From positions 32,001 through 96,000 of the forward strand of contig CAVYYZ010000012.1 of assembly GCA_963772835.1 (NCBI GenBank): DNA of 64,000 bases. Direction: 5' to 3'. The position numbers and the translations under genes were made by a program. Below, one piece after another: positions 24,410 through 34,300 of the stretch; the first letter of the stretch is position 1; every line of letters begins with the position of its first letter. The notes below the pieces were generated by a model. That model was given only the letters and a program-made list of their open reading frames with translations. It did no database searches and was not told the origin of the DNA. Source of the stretch: an uncultured delta proteobacterium (lineage in GTDB: Bacteria; Desulfobacterota; Desulfuromonadia; Geobacterales; Pseudopelobacteraceae).

Positions 24410-25119
24410 TGCTTACCCATTACACAAGCACAACGGAAGCAGTAACAAATATTTTGACGCACGGTTTTGGTTGGTTTCCAAATCGCCGCGGATTAACCCA
24501 TCTGCTTATGCCTTGGCACAACTTCTCCAAGAGAGAACCACAGCAGTTCGGAATGATTTCCTTCACCGAAAATGAGCCACCTCATACTAAGACTCACTGC
24601 AAAGAATTTGGCTTCTTCGGAATTGTGGTCTCCAACAAATGGGCAAACGAGAAAAGTGCGCAACGTGTTATCTACGTTGATGTAGATGGCCCTTCAACAG
24701 AAGCATTGCGTAAACTGTTCTTAATTGGTTATGAGGATGTACAGAGTCGAATCAAATACCCAGAAGACGAGGGTTGGTTGATGGCCTATGAAAACAAAGT
24801 GGCAGCAAGCTCAATCGCTGGTTCTACTCTTTGGGCCAATCTGCTTCAATTATGGGAATACATGGAACCAGCATCCGTGGCATGGCAACGCGAGTGGCGA
24901 ATTGTCAACCCTGTTCCGCTCTACTCATTGAGTATGTCAAAGGGTGAAGCAATACAGCAAGTGTCTCCACCTCAGAATTGGGCAAAGCACACGAACGTAG
25001 TTCCAATCCCACGAAGCGAAGTTGAAGCTTTAACCTGCCCCGCGAATCTCGTTCCTGAATTGATGTCCGTCCTACCGGAAAATTATAAAAACATTGATAT
25101 TCTGGAATTAGACAACTAA
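24409..25119 (+). CDS. AbiGi-like protein (possible ADP-ribosyltransferase-like fold)
   Basis: LTHYT...ILTHGF, MISFTE, FGFFGIVVSNKWA...VIYV and QREWR resemble AbiGi motifs; TGATG overlap with the upstream gene. Confidence 0.6.
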   Translation: MLTHYTSTTEAVTNILTHGFGWFPNRRGLTHLLMPWHNFSKREPQQFGMISFTENEPPHTKTHCKEFGFFGIVVSNKWANEKSAQRVIYVDVDGPSTEALRKLFLIGYEDVQSRIKYPEDEGWLMAYENKVAASSIAGSTLWANLLQLWEYMEPASVAWQREWRIVNPVPLYSLSMSKGEAIQQVSPPQNWAKHTNVVPIPRSEVEALTCPANLVPELMSVLPENYKNIDILELDN

Positions 25120-25167
25120 TCCGGCAGTAAACCAATATTATGCAATTATCTACCATGAGGATACTTG

Positions 25168-27954
25168 ATGCCGATTTCCTGGAATGAAATACGCGACCGC
25201 TCCCTGACGTTTTCACGCGAGTGGGCCGACGAAAGCTCTGAAGACGCTGAAGCCAAGAGTTTCTGGGACGGTTTTTTCAACGTCTTCGGCATCACCCGTC
25301 GGCGCGTGGCTTCTTTTGAAGCTCCGGTCAAAAAAGGAGACGGCCAGGGTGGCTATATTGACCTGCTTTGGAAAGGCGTGCTACTGGTCGAGCACAAGTC
25401 ACGCGGCAAGAACCTAGACCGCGCCGCCCGTCAGGCCTTCGACTATTTCCCCGGCCTGAAAGAACGCGATCTTCCTCGCTATGTGCTGGTATCCGACTTT
25501 GCCCGTTTCCGCCTGTTCGATCTGGACAACAACGAACAGCACGATTTCACACTGGCCGAACTCCCCAAACACATCCGCCTTTTCGGTTTCATCGCCGGTT
25601 ACCAGACCCGCAGTTTCGGTCAGCAAGACCCGGTCAACGTGCAGGCCGCTGAAAAACTGGGTAAACTTCATGACCAGTTCAAGGTAGCCGGGTACGACGG
25701 GCATGCATTAGAGATCCTGTTGGTGCGGCTGCTTTTCTGTCTGTTTGCCGAAGACACCGCCCTTTTTGAGCGTCGTCTGTTTCAGGACTACCTCGAACAG
25801 CGCACCCATGAAGACGGCAGCGACCTGGGCATGCATCTGGCCCAACTTTTCCAAGTTCTCGACACCGCTTCAGAAAAGCGACCCAAGACCCTTGACGAAC
25901 AGATGGCAACCTTCCCCTATGTCAACGGCCAACTCTTTACCGAAGTTTTACCGATTGCCGCCTGTGATCGGGCAATGCGCGAAACCTTGCTCGATTGCTG
26001 CGCCCTGGACTGGAGCCGCATCAGCCCGGCAGTTTTCGGTTCACTCTTCCAAAGCATCATGGATACTACCGCCCGACGCAATCTGGGTGCCCACTACACC
26101 AGTGAAACCAATATTCTCAAGCTGATCGGACCACTATTTCTGGATGACCTGTGGGCCGAATTCCATCGAATCAAGCGCAATCGCAACCAGCTTTTCGAGT
26201 TCCTGAAGAAGCTTTCCCGGCTGACCTTTTTCGATCCGGCCTGCGGTTGCGGAAACTTTCTGGTTATTGCTTACCGCGAACTGCGCCTTCTGGAGCTGGA
26301 GGTACTACGCCAGGTACGACAGAACGACCAGCTCATGCTAGATGTTTTCCAGTTGATCGGTGTCAATGTTGATCTGTTTCACGGAATCGAGATCGATGAA
26401 TGGCCCGCCCGCATCGCCGAGGTGGCACTCTGGCTGACCGACCATCAGATGAACCTGAAGGTATCGGAGGAGTTCGGTCAGTACTTCGCTCGACTGCCGC
26501 TGAAGAAAGCGCCGCATATTGTGCATGGCAATGCGCTGAAGATTGACTGGAATGATGTGATTCCGGCGTGGCGGTTGTCGTACCTGCTGGGAAATCCGCC
26601 GTTTGTGGGGTCAAAGTTTTTGGATGATGCCCAGCGAGCCGAGGTGGCTGCTGTTTTTCATGATGTCAAGGGTGCTGGTGTGCTTGATTACGTGGTCTGC
26701 TGGTATGGCAAGGCGGCGAAATACATGGCCGAAAACAAGGCAATTCACGCTGCCTTCGTCTCCACAAACTCCATCACTCAAGGTGAACAAGTAGGCATCC
26801 TCTGGCCCGATCTTTTTCGCCGTGGTGTCATGATTCACTTTGCTCACCGGACCTTTCAATGGAACAGCGAGGCACGCGGCAAGGCCGCCGTACACTGCGT
26901 CATCATTGGCTTCGGGTTGCAGGAGGTTTCCGAAAAATGGCTCTTCGACTATGACACCCCCAAGAGCGAACCGCATGCTGTTAAGACCAACAACATCAAT
27001 CCTTATTTAGTGGATGGACCGGATGTAGTATTGCAAACACGCACCAAACCGATATGTGTTGTACCGGTGATCGGCATCGGTAACAAGCCGATTGATGGCG
27101 GCTTCTACCTCTTTACCATAGAGGAACGAGACGAGTTTCTGAAACTTGAGCCAGCGGCAAAAGATTTGTTTCGTCGCTGGCTTGGCAGTGATGAATTTAT
27201 TAACGGATATGTGCGCTGGTGTTTATGGCTAGGAGAAAGTCCGCCGGATGAGCTGCGAAAAATGCCTGAGGCCATCAAACGAATTGAAGCTGTGAAGTCC
27301 TTTCGTCTTGGGATAGGTCCGAACAGCAAAGGAAAGAAGGTAGATAAAACACCTCCTGAATCAACACAAAAACTCGCTACGACGCCAACTCGCTTCCATG
27401 TCGAGAATATGCCGAAAGGTAATTTTCTTGTAGTTCCAAAGGTTTCTTCAGAAAGACGTCAGTTCATACCAATTGGCTTTATGACACCGGATACATTTTG
27501 TAGTGATTTGGTGTTTATTCTCCCCAATGCTACCTTCTACCATTTCGGCATCCTCTCCTCCACCATGCACAACGCCTGGATGCGCGCGGTTTGCGGCCGC
27601 CTGGAGAGCCGATATCGCTACTCCGCTGGCATCGTCTACAACAACTTCCCCTGGCCGGAGCCAAGCGATAAACAGCAAGCCGCTATCGAAGCCGCCGCGC
27701 AAGCCATCATCGACACCCGCGCAAAGTTCTCCAAGTCAACCCTGGCCGACCTATACGATCCACTGACCATGCCGCCGGAACTGGTCAAGGCACATCAGAC
27801 ACTGGACCGCGCCGTGGATGCCGCCTACGGAAAGACTTCATTCAACACCGAGGCCGAGCGGGTGGCATTTCTGTTCGAGCGCTACCAGCAATTGACCGCA
27901 CCGCTGGCTTTGACGAAAAACACCGTAAAGAAGAACACGAGGAGGACATTATGA
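25168..27954 (+). CDS. MmeI-family Type IIL restriction-modification enzyme (endonuclease, m6A methyltransferase and TRD)
   Basis: N-terminal ID...VEHK nuclease motif, GAHYT, FDPACGCG, GNPPF and RLESRYRYS; about 930 aa. Confidence 0.92.
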   Translation: MPISWNEIRDRSLTFSREWADESSEDAEAKSFWDGFFNVFGITRRRVASFEAPVKKGDGQGGYIDLLWKGVLLVEHKSRGKNLDRAARQAFDYFPGLKERDLPRYVLVSDFARFRLFDLDNNEQHDFTLAELPKHIRLFGFIAGYQTRSFGQQDPVNVQAAEKLGKLHDQFKVAGYDGHALEILLVRLLFCLFAEDTALFERRLFQDYLEQRTHEDGSDLGMHLAQLFQVLDTASEKRPKTLDEQMATFPYVNGQLFTEVLPIAACDRAMRETLLDCCALDWSRISPAVFGSLFQSIMDTTARRNLGAHYTSETNILKLIGPLFLDDLWAEFHRIKRNRNQLFEFLKKLSRLTFFDPACGCGNFLVIAYRELRLLELEVLRQVRQNDQLMLDVFQLIGVNVDLFHGIEIDEWPARIAEVALWLTDHQMNLKVSEEFGQYFARLPLKKAPHIVHGNALKIDWNDVIPAWRLSYLLGNPPFVGSKFLDDAQRAEVAAVFHDVKGAGVLDYVVCWYGKAAKYMAENKAIHAAFVSTNSITQGEQVGILWPDLFRRGVMIHFAHRTFQWNSEARGKAAVHCVIIGFGLQEVSEKWLFDYDTPKSEPHAVKTNNINPYLVDGPDVVLQTRTKPICVVPVIGIGNKPIDGGFYLFTIEERDEFLKLEPAAKDLFRRWLGSDEFINGYVRWCLWLGESPPDELRKMPEAIKRIEAVKSFRLGIGPNSKGKKVDKTPPESTQKLATTPTRFHVENMPKGNFLVVPKVSSERRQFIPIGFMTPDTFCSDLVFILPNATFYHFGILSSTMHNAWMRAVCGRLESRYRYSAGIVYNNFPWPEPSDKQQAAIEAAAQAIIDTRAKFSKSTLADLYDPLTMPPELVKAHQTLDRAVDAAYGKTSFNTEAERVAFLFERYQQLTAPLALTKNTVKKNTRRTL

Positions 27955-28099
27955 AGTTATCTACCAGTGAATCAATAAATTGCATTATATCCCCGGGATC
28001 TGGTGATAAACGAGTTATTCGCAGGTAAAAAATAATACTGAAGAACCAAAATGGCTGATCAAAGAATTAAAATTCCGCGGGCACAGGAGAGAATAGAGG

Positions 28100-29296
28100 T
28101 TGGGAATGAGCAAGAATAAGAAAAAACAAAAACAGAGGTTTCTTGAAAATATTGGAATTAACTTGCTGATGGTATTGCTGATTGTCTTTAGTTGTGAAAT
28201 CACATTTGCTACTGAAAACATCACTAGCGAGACAAAGACGTGGAATTTATTCGATAATATTGTTTCAGACACTCTTTTGTTGCTTGACCCCGATTTGAAA
28301 AAAATAATTGCGGATGACTTTAACCATGTAGTCAATAATTCAAAATTTCAAGTTCAAGTAAACAGCTGGAAACCACGCCCAAACCCCAAAATAAAGCTTG
28401 CATCAATCTACAACAATACAAACAGCAACAATATCAGGGAGAGCTTTTCTTCTTTGGTTCAACCCGTTGTCGAAATCGCCTGTACTCCGCAAAAATACGA
28501 TCCACTGAATGAGTATCAATCAAAATGTATCAAAGAGCTATTCAACTACCCAATAATTGAAACTATTAAAATTGGTTACACATATAGGCCAAATACAACA
28601 ATCGATCAGAACATAGCAAACTTATCAGGCATAACTGATAAGTACAGGTATCATCAGATTGTTTGCACAATGGCCGACATTATGAATGGAGCTTATGAGA
28701 AAGTAAGTAAGAAGAATGTCACTAAAAGTGTGAATTTTGTTAAGTATCCATTGGCTTTGTTCGCACCATCAGTTGCGACAGCTAAGAAATTTTCTGTAAA
28801 CGATAAGATCATAATATCCAATGAAAAAGCCGATTTAGAATCTCAAATCAGCCGGAAAAGAATGGAATGTCATAATACAAAAGCGGGGAGTAATGATCAT
28901 TGTTACAAAAAGAAAAAAGAACTGGAAGCCTTACTTGATGAATTAGAAAGATATCCGGAATATTATTTTGAACAGAAACAAGTGCGGGAAGCAAAAGCAA
29001 GGGCACAAGAAATAGCTGATACGCAAGATGCAGAAATTGCAGCACAAGAAGCTCATGCACGTACAACGCATGATATGGAAGAACAGCAGATGCGACAGCA
29101 TCAGCAGATGTTAAATGAAATGGGGCCTGTTAAAGTGCTCCCCAACGGGATGGCAATTAACACTGGTTCTGGTGAGTTTTTAGCTCCTTCTGGTAGTGGT
29201 TATGTAGGGACGCAGGACGGAACTTTTTATACACCAGCTGGCCAGAATGGATTGATCAATACTGGAACGGGTAGATTTACCCCAGTTGTCAGATAA
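28100..29296 (+). CDS. Hypothetical secreted or membrane-anchored protein with a coiled coil and a Gly-rich repeated C-terminus
   Basis: Long AT-rich ORF with an N-terminal hydrophobic segment; start codon uncertain. Confidence 0.7.
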   Translation: MGMSKNKKKQKQRFLENIGINLLMVLLIVFSCEITFATENITSETKTWNLFDNIVSDTLLLLDPDLKKIIADDFNHVVNNSKFQVQVNSWKPRPNPKIKLASIYNNTNSNNIRESFSSLVQPVVEIACTPQKYDPLNEYQSKCIKELFNYPIIETIKIGYTYRPNTTIDQNIANLSGITDKYRYHQIVCTMADIMNGAYEKVSKKNVTKSVNFVKYPLALFAPSVATAKKFSVNDKIIISNEKADLESQISRKRMECHNTKAGSNDHCYKKKKELEALLDELERYPEYYFEQKQVREAKARAQEIADTQDAEIAAQEAHARTTHDMEEQQMRQHQQMLNEMGPVKVLPNGMAINTGSGEFLAPSGSGYVGTQDGTFYTPAGQNGLINTGTGRFTPVVR

Positions 29297-29331
29297 AGAG
29301 AATGAATGATGTGGTCATCTCTGAAAGGCTA

Positions 29332-29392
29332 CTCAAACCGGGCTTACGACCTGCCCGAAAAAACCGGCAGGTCAAAGCCTTGCCCGTTGAAC
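29332..29392 (+). mobile_element. Degenerate attC-like site
   Basis: CTCAAAC...GGCTTACGACCTGCC-loop-GGCAGGTCAAAGCC...GTTGAAC (GTTRRRY), followed by an RBS and ATG. Confidence 0.5.
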
Positions 29393-29416
29393 AAAGAAAA
29401 TATAACGGAGGGATTT

Positions 29417-29824
29417 ATGCGTAAATCAATTGTCATCGCTGTTTCAACTTGTCTACTCTCAGGCATCACATTCTCATCCTGTTCGGCCGGGAACTACTCC
29501 GAGCGCGATCTACAAAGAGCCGCCGCAAAACTTAACAAAAGAATGCCAATGTACCCCGACAAAGAAACCGTCCTAAACAATGTCTCTACCGGCCCCGGCC
29601 TGACATTTTCCTACAACTACACTTTGAAAAATTACAGAGCTGCCGACCTGAAGGTAAACGAGTTTTATGGCTGGATGAGAAACAACATTTCACCAAAAGT
29701 TTGTGGAAGTCCTGATGTCACTAAATTTTTAAAAAGCGATGTTACTGTCAAGTACGTCTACAAAGGATCTGACGGAGTAACCATCAGTGACATTCCTTTT
29801 ACTCGCAGAGATTGTGGTATTTGA
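29417..29824 (+). CDS. Hypothetical exported protein or lipoprotein
   Basis: GGAGGG RBS and signal peptide MRKSIVIAVSTCLLSGITFSSC. Confidence 0.75.
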   Translation: MRKSIVIAVSTCLLSGITFSSCSAGNYSERDLQRAAAKLNKRMPMYPDKETVLNNVSTGPGLTFSYNYTLKNYRAADLKVNEFYGWMRNNISPKVCGSPDVTKFLKSDVTVKYVYKGSDGVTISDIPFTRRDCGI

Positions 29825-29849
29825 GCCCATCAAACAGGAGGACCACAAA

Positions 29850-30023
29850 ATGAAAACTTGCATAATGTCCATATTACTTCTGGCAAGTTCTTTCATCTCA
29901 GCAAATGCAGCCGGTTCTAGCAGTGATCCTATAGAAAGAATTGCAAGCGGAGCGCTAAAGGTCGTTGTCGTTGTGGTCATCATAGGGGCAATTTCCTTTT
30001 TTAGAAAAAATAAAAGTAAATAA
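29850..30023 (+). CDS. Small membrane protein
   Basis: AGGAGG RBS; signal-like N-terminus, one TM helix and a basic tail. Confidence 0.65.
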   Translation: MKTCIMSILLLASSFISANAAGSSSDPIERIASGALKVVVVVVIIGAISFFRKNKSK

Positions 30024-30053
30024 TTCATACTACTTAACAGACGGGAGATAACC

Positions 30054-30245
30054 ATGGAAGATGTGAAATGCTCAAAATGTGGGTATTACGGGGCAATGGA
30101 AAGGGGTATGAAGGTTCCTAGCACAGGAGAAACTGTAATGAAAATCGCATTTCTTGGTGCGATATTCGGAAGTAAGGCCAACAAGGTAACATACTACGGT
30201 ATTTGTCCAACCTGCGGTCATCATACTACGGTTCCAACTAAATGA
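30054..30245 (+). CDS. Small zinc-ribbon protein (CxxC-hydrophobic-CxxC)
   Basis: GGGAG RBS; CSKC...IAFLGAIFG...CPTC. Confidence 0.65.
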   Translation: MEDVKCSKCGYYGAMERGMKVPSTGETVMKIAFLGAIFGSKANKVTYYGICPTCGHHTTVPTK

Positions 30246-30298
30246 AGAAGAAACGAATTGGTGCCAAACTTACATATTCCAAGCAGAATTTATAAAAA

Positions 30299-30580
30299 TT
30301 ACAATCCAATTTCGCTATGCGAACCGAGGCGAACCAAATCGAGATGATCGTCATCCGGTTTCCGGTATATCAAGATCAAATCAGGCTTGATGTGGCAATC
30401 TCTGTGGTCGGCCCAATCACCAGAGAGCGAGTGATCGAAGTTACGACGGGGCAATGTCTCGTCGACGGCAAGCAGACGGACAACATCCATCAGCGCGGCG
30501 TCAAGTGTTTTTCCATGCCGTCCAGATTTTTCCCGTTTGAAGTCGCGCTTGAAACGACCGACGTATCTAATCTCCCGCAT
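30299..30580 (-). CDS. yafQ: YafQ family mRNA interferase toxin
   Basis: FKRDFKR, DHSLSG, RDCHIKPDLILIY and RLGSHSE. Confidence 0.93.
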   Translation of the reverse strand: MREIRYVGRFKRDFKREKSGRHGKTLDAALMDVVRLLAVDETLPRRNFDHSLSGDWADHRDCHIKPDLILIYRKPDDDHLDLVRLGSHSEIGL

Positions 30581-30836
30581 TTAACATCTCAAGGAGGTTA
30601 TCTGCGGAGCCAACCGTAACAAGCTCGCCACGTCGGGTGGCCCTCATTGCCTCAATAGTTTCCTCATTGGGAACAAGTGGCGCAAACGGTAGCTGTTTTT
30701 CTTTTGCAATGCGCATCATCAGCATGCGGAAAGCATCAGAGGCTGTAAGACCGATAGAAGCGAGCACTGCCTCGGCCTCAATTTTAATATTTCCGTCAAT
30801 TCTTGCTCGGACAACAGAGTTATGAGTTGCTAACAT
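30567..30836 (-). CDS. dinJ: RelB/DinJ family antitoxin
   Basis: VVRARID...AEAVLASIGLTASDAFR...LPF...PNEETIEAM; overlaps the toxin start. Confidence 0.92.
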   Translation of the reverse strand: MLATHNSVVRARIDGNIKIEAEAVLASIGLTASDAFRMLMMRIAKEKQLPFAPLVPNEETIEAMRATRRGELVTVGSADNLLEMLNAGD

Positions 30837-30847
30837 AATGTTTCTCC

Positions 30848-30865
30848 TTTGAGCTACATTGTAGC
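30848..30865. promoter_or_regulatory. Palindromic dinJ-yafQ autoregulatory operator
   Basis: GCTACA-T-TGTAGC immediately upstream of the dinJ RBS. Confidence 0.6.
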
Positions 30866-30935
30866 CCGCAAGATCGTAAAGGGCAAGATTATTTCCACGA
30901 CAGAATATTTCCACAACAAAACGAAAGAAGCGAGC

Positions 30936-31008
30936 GCCCAACAATCGGCGGCACGCAGTCAGCTCGGATAAAACCCCGCGCCGCTGGTGCACCTCACTAC
31001 CGTTAAAC
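30936..31008 (+). mobile_element. Degenerate attC-like site
   Basis: GCCCAAC (RYYYAAC) ... GCAC/GTGC and CAG/CTG inner pairing ... GTTAAAC (GTTRRRY), 73 bp. Confidence 0.5.
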
Positions 31009-31301
31009 CGCACCAGCGATTACTTGGGGAATCTAACTATAAGCTTATTTGATTTTTGCGGGGAGAGCGGCGAGCTTTTCTGAACATATCACAGGGGGCT
31101 ACCCGACTTCATGGGTAGATCAGCATGGATTGGCATATTTGGGAATTGATGGACGCGTTCAAACGCTTTGGCTAGATCGAAAATTGGAGCTGAGACAACT
31201 ATAGCTTTCACCCACCGCACCCTTAATGGCATCAAGAAACAAGCTGTAAGATCATAGATTTGTTTCAATGCTTGCGTAATAAGCAACATAACAACAGACC
31301 G

Positions 31302-31327
31302 GAAGCCCTGCCTTAGGGCTTTTTTCG
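31302..31327 (+). terminator. Intrinsic terminator preceding the coiA-pcrA promoter
   Basis: AAGCCCT-GCCTT-AGGGCTT followed by a T-run; TTGACG-N17-TAAAAA follows. Confidence 0.6.
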
Positions 31328-31398
31328 TTGACGCATATACACTCAGCGACTAAAAAAGAACGAACAAAACATTATCTTATCGAGAAAGAAAGCTGCCT

Positions 31399-34300
31399 AT
31401 GCCGTTTAACTGCATGTCAGAAAATGAAATATTATATGCGGGAAGTTTTTCTGCCTCCGAATGGGAAGATCTCAAGCTTCAAGTCAGAGATGGATCACGT
31501 GTGCTCAGGCTCCCATGCTGCAATGCAAAAGTGAGCTTACGTAGCGCGAGCAAGGACCGGCATCAATTTTTTGCTCACTCAAGAAATCAAAGCTGCGACA
31601 ATGATGCGTGGAGCGACTATTCCGGCAAACAAGGTAATAGAAAGCGGAGGAAATCCGAATCATTCGACCATCAAAGAGTAAAGGAAATTATTAAAGACGT
31701 TGCTGAAAAAACCGGCTGGACAGCTTCAATAGAATTTTCGAGCAAAACATCTTCAGGTATTGACTGGAAAGCGGACGTATTTATTGAGAAAGGCGAACAG
31801 AAGCTTGTGGTTGAAGTTCAAGTTTCCCCGCAACAGCTTGCTGACTATCGAATTCGCCAACAGCGGTATCTAGAATCAGGCATACCATGCCTCTGGCTTT
31901 CAAACTATCCTCCTGATCTAGCAGACACAGGTCTTCCTGTGTTTGAACTTTCAAAATCAGAGGGAGTATTCGTTGTCGACTTCCCCAAGTCGTTCTCAGC
32001 CGAGCGCCTGAAACTTCACAGTAACTTCCGTGGAGTTTCCCTGGGTGGTTTTATTCAAGGAATGCTTGATCAAGGAATTCCCTGGGACCAGGAGTGGTTA
32101 AATAATAATGATCTGCTGGCAAGTTTGGCAGATGTGAAGAATATCCATACGAAATCAAATTTAGATACAAATGAAGACGAGAGTGAAGCGACGGTTGAAA
32201 ACACACCTATTTTCGCTTCTGTCAAAGAAAGGTCCATCAGGAGGGAAACAACTGATACAAAGCTCAACAACACAGTCTCACCCGTACCTAACTATCAAAC
32301 AATCCATACTCATAAACAAATAACTTCCACTCCAACGACAGATCTGCTCAAACATCTCAACCCCCCCCAGAAGGAAGCCGTACTGCATGGCGAAGGGCCG
32401 CTGCTGATTCTGGCCGGTGCCGGATCTGGAAAAACCCGCGTCATCACCAACCGGATCGCCCACCTGATTCGAGAACGGGGAGTCCGCCCGTGGAACATCA
32501 TGGCGGTGACGTTCACCAACAAGGCCGCCCGGGAGATGGCCGAGCGGGTCAGCAGGCTGCTGGGAGGGGGGGATCTGCCGCTGATATCGACCTTCCACGC
32601 AGCCTGCGGACGCATCCTCCGCCGCGACATTCACCATCTCGGTTTCCAGTCATCGTTTGTTATATATGATGATCGCGACAGCGATCGGCTCCTGAAAGAT
32701 GTTATCACCGATTTGAATCTGGACGATAAGCGCTTTGCCGCCAAGGCGGTTTCCGCCCGGATCGATGACTTCAAAAACCGCGGCCTCTTTCCGGAGGATA
32801 TCGGCTCAATACCGCCCGGTGATGTCTACAATCAGAAGGTCGTCGAAATTTACGCCGCCTATCAGGAGCGCCTCCAAAAGTGCAACGCCCTCGATTTCGG
32901 CGACATGATGATCCAGACCGTGCGCCTCCTCTCCCGCTTCCCCGAGGTGTGCAGTTTCTATCGCGAACGGTTCCAGTGGCTGCTGGTGGACGAATATCAG
33001 GATACCAACCCGGTGCAGTACAACCTGATCCGGCTGCTGGCAGGAGAGCGCAAAAACCTCTGTGTTGTGGGCGACGACGATCAGTCGATCTACTCCTGGC
33101 GCGGGGCCGACATCCGCAACATCCTCGAATTCGAGAAGGATTTCCCCGGTGTCAAAATCATCCGGTTGGAACAGAACTACCGTTCCACCTCCACAATCCT
33201 GACGGCGGCCGGTGAAGTCGTCAAACAGAACTTCGGCCGTAAAGGAAAAACACTCTGGACCGAAAACCCGCCCGGCGAGAAAATACGCTACGAACGGGTC
33301 GAATCGGATCGTGAAGAAGCCCGCTTTGTAGTTCGCGAGATAGCTGTGCTGAGGAGCAGCGGTATGCCGCTGGAAGAGATGGCAGTCTTCTATCGCACCA
33401 ACGCCCAGTCGCGACTGATCGAGGAAGCACTGGTCGGCAACGCGCTCCCCTACCACATCGTGGGCGGGGTCCGTTTCTACTCCCGGCTGGAGGTAAAGGA
33501 CATCCTTGCATATCTGCGGGTGCTGGACAATCCGGCTGATGAGGTTTCGCTGAAACGGATCATCAATGTACCGGCCCGCGGTATCGGCACTACGACGGTG
33601 GACAAGATTTCGCTTCAGTCCGCCCGGCAGGGGGGAACTTTCTTCGATGCCCTTCAGGACGCCACCGGTAATGGACTGCTGGCTGCCGGTGCACGCGGCA
33701 AAGTTTCGGCCTTCGTCACCCTGCTGGACGGCTTTCGTGAAACCGCCGCCGGCAGCAGTCTGGCCGGGCTGGCCCGGTCGGTCATGCAGGGAAGCGGCTA
33801 TCTCGACCGGTTGAAGTCCAGCCGCGACGAGGATGACGCCGAACGCCTGGAGAACCTGGAGCAGCTTCTGGCGGCGATAGAAGAGTTCAGTGAGAAGAAC
33901 CCCGAAGCGGGATTATCGGAGTTTCTGGAGCAGGTGTCGCTGGTATCCGACCTAGAACAGGGGGAGGCCGGCCAACCGTCAGTCACACTGATGACGCTGC
34001 ATGCCGCCAAGGGGTTGGAGTTTAAGGCCGTATTCATGCTCGGCATGGAGGAACGTCTCTTTCCGCATGCCCGCTCTCTGGATGATCTGGACGGCATGGA
34101 GGAGGAGCGGCGCCTCTGCTACGTCGGCATGACCCGTGCCCGTGAACGGCTTTACCTGTTGAATGCCCGACGCAGATACCTGTTCGGCCAGGAACAGTGC
34201 AACCCTCCGTCGCGGTTTTTGAAGGATATTCCGGAGGAATTGCTGGATGACGGCGGGAACGGGGATTATCGCAGGGGCGAGGCGGGACCCCGCCCGGATT

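Noticed and set aside
31020..31300. Possible gene remnant after the second attC-like site
   Set aside because: Only short interrupted frames with no identifiable similarity, so it cannot be called a pseudogene
22570..32345. attL/attR direct repeats or an integrase bounding the island
   Set aside because: No duplicate of the pcrA 5' sequence found by eye near 22.6 kb, and no recombinase or transposase gene in the window
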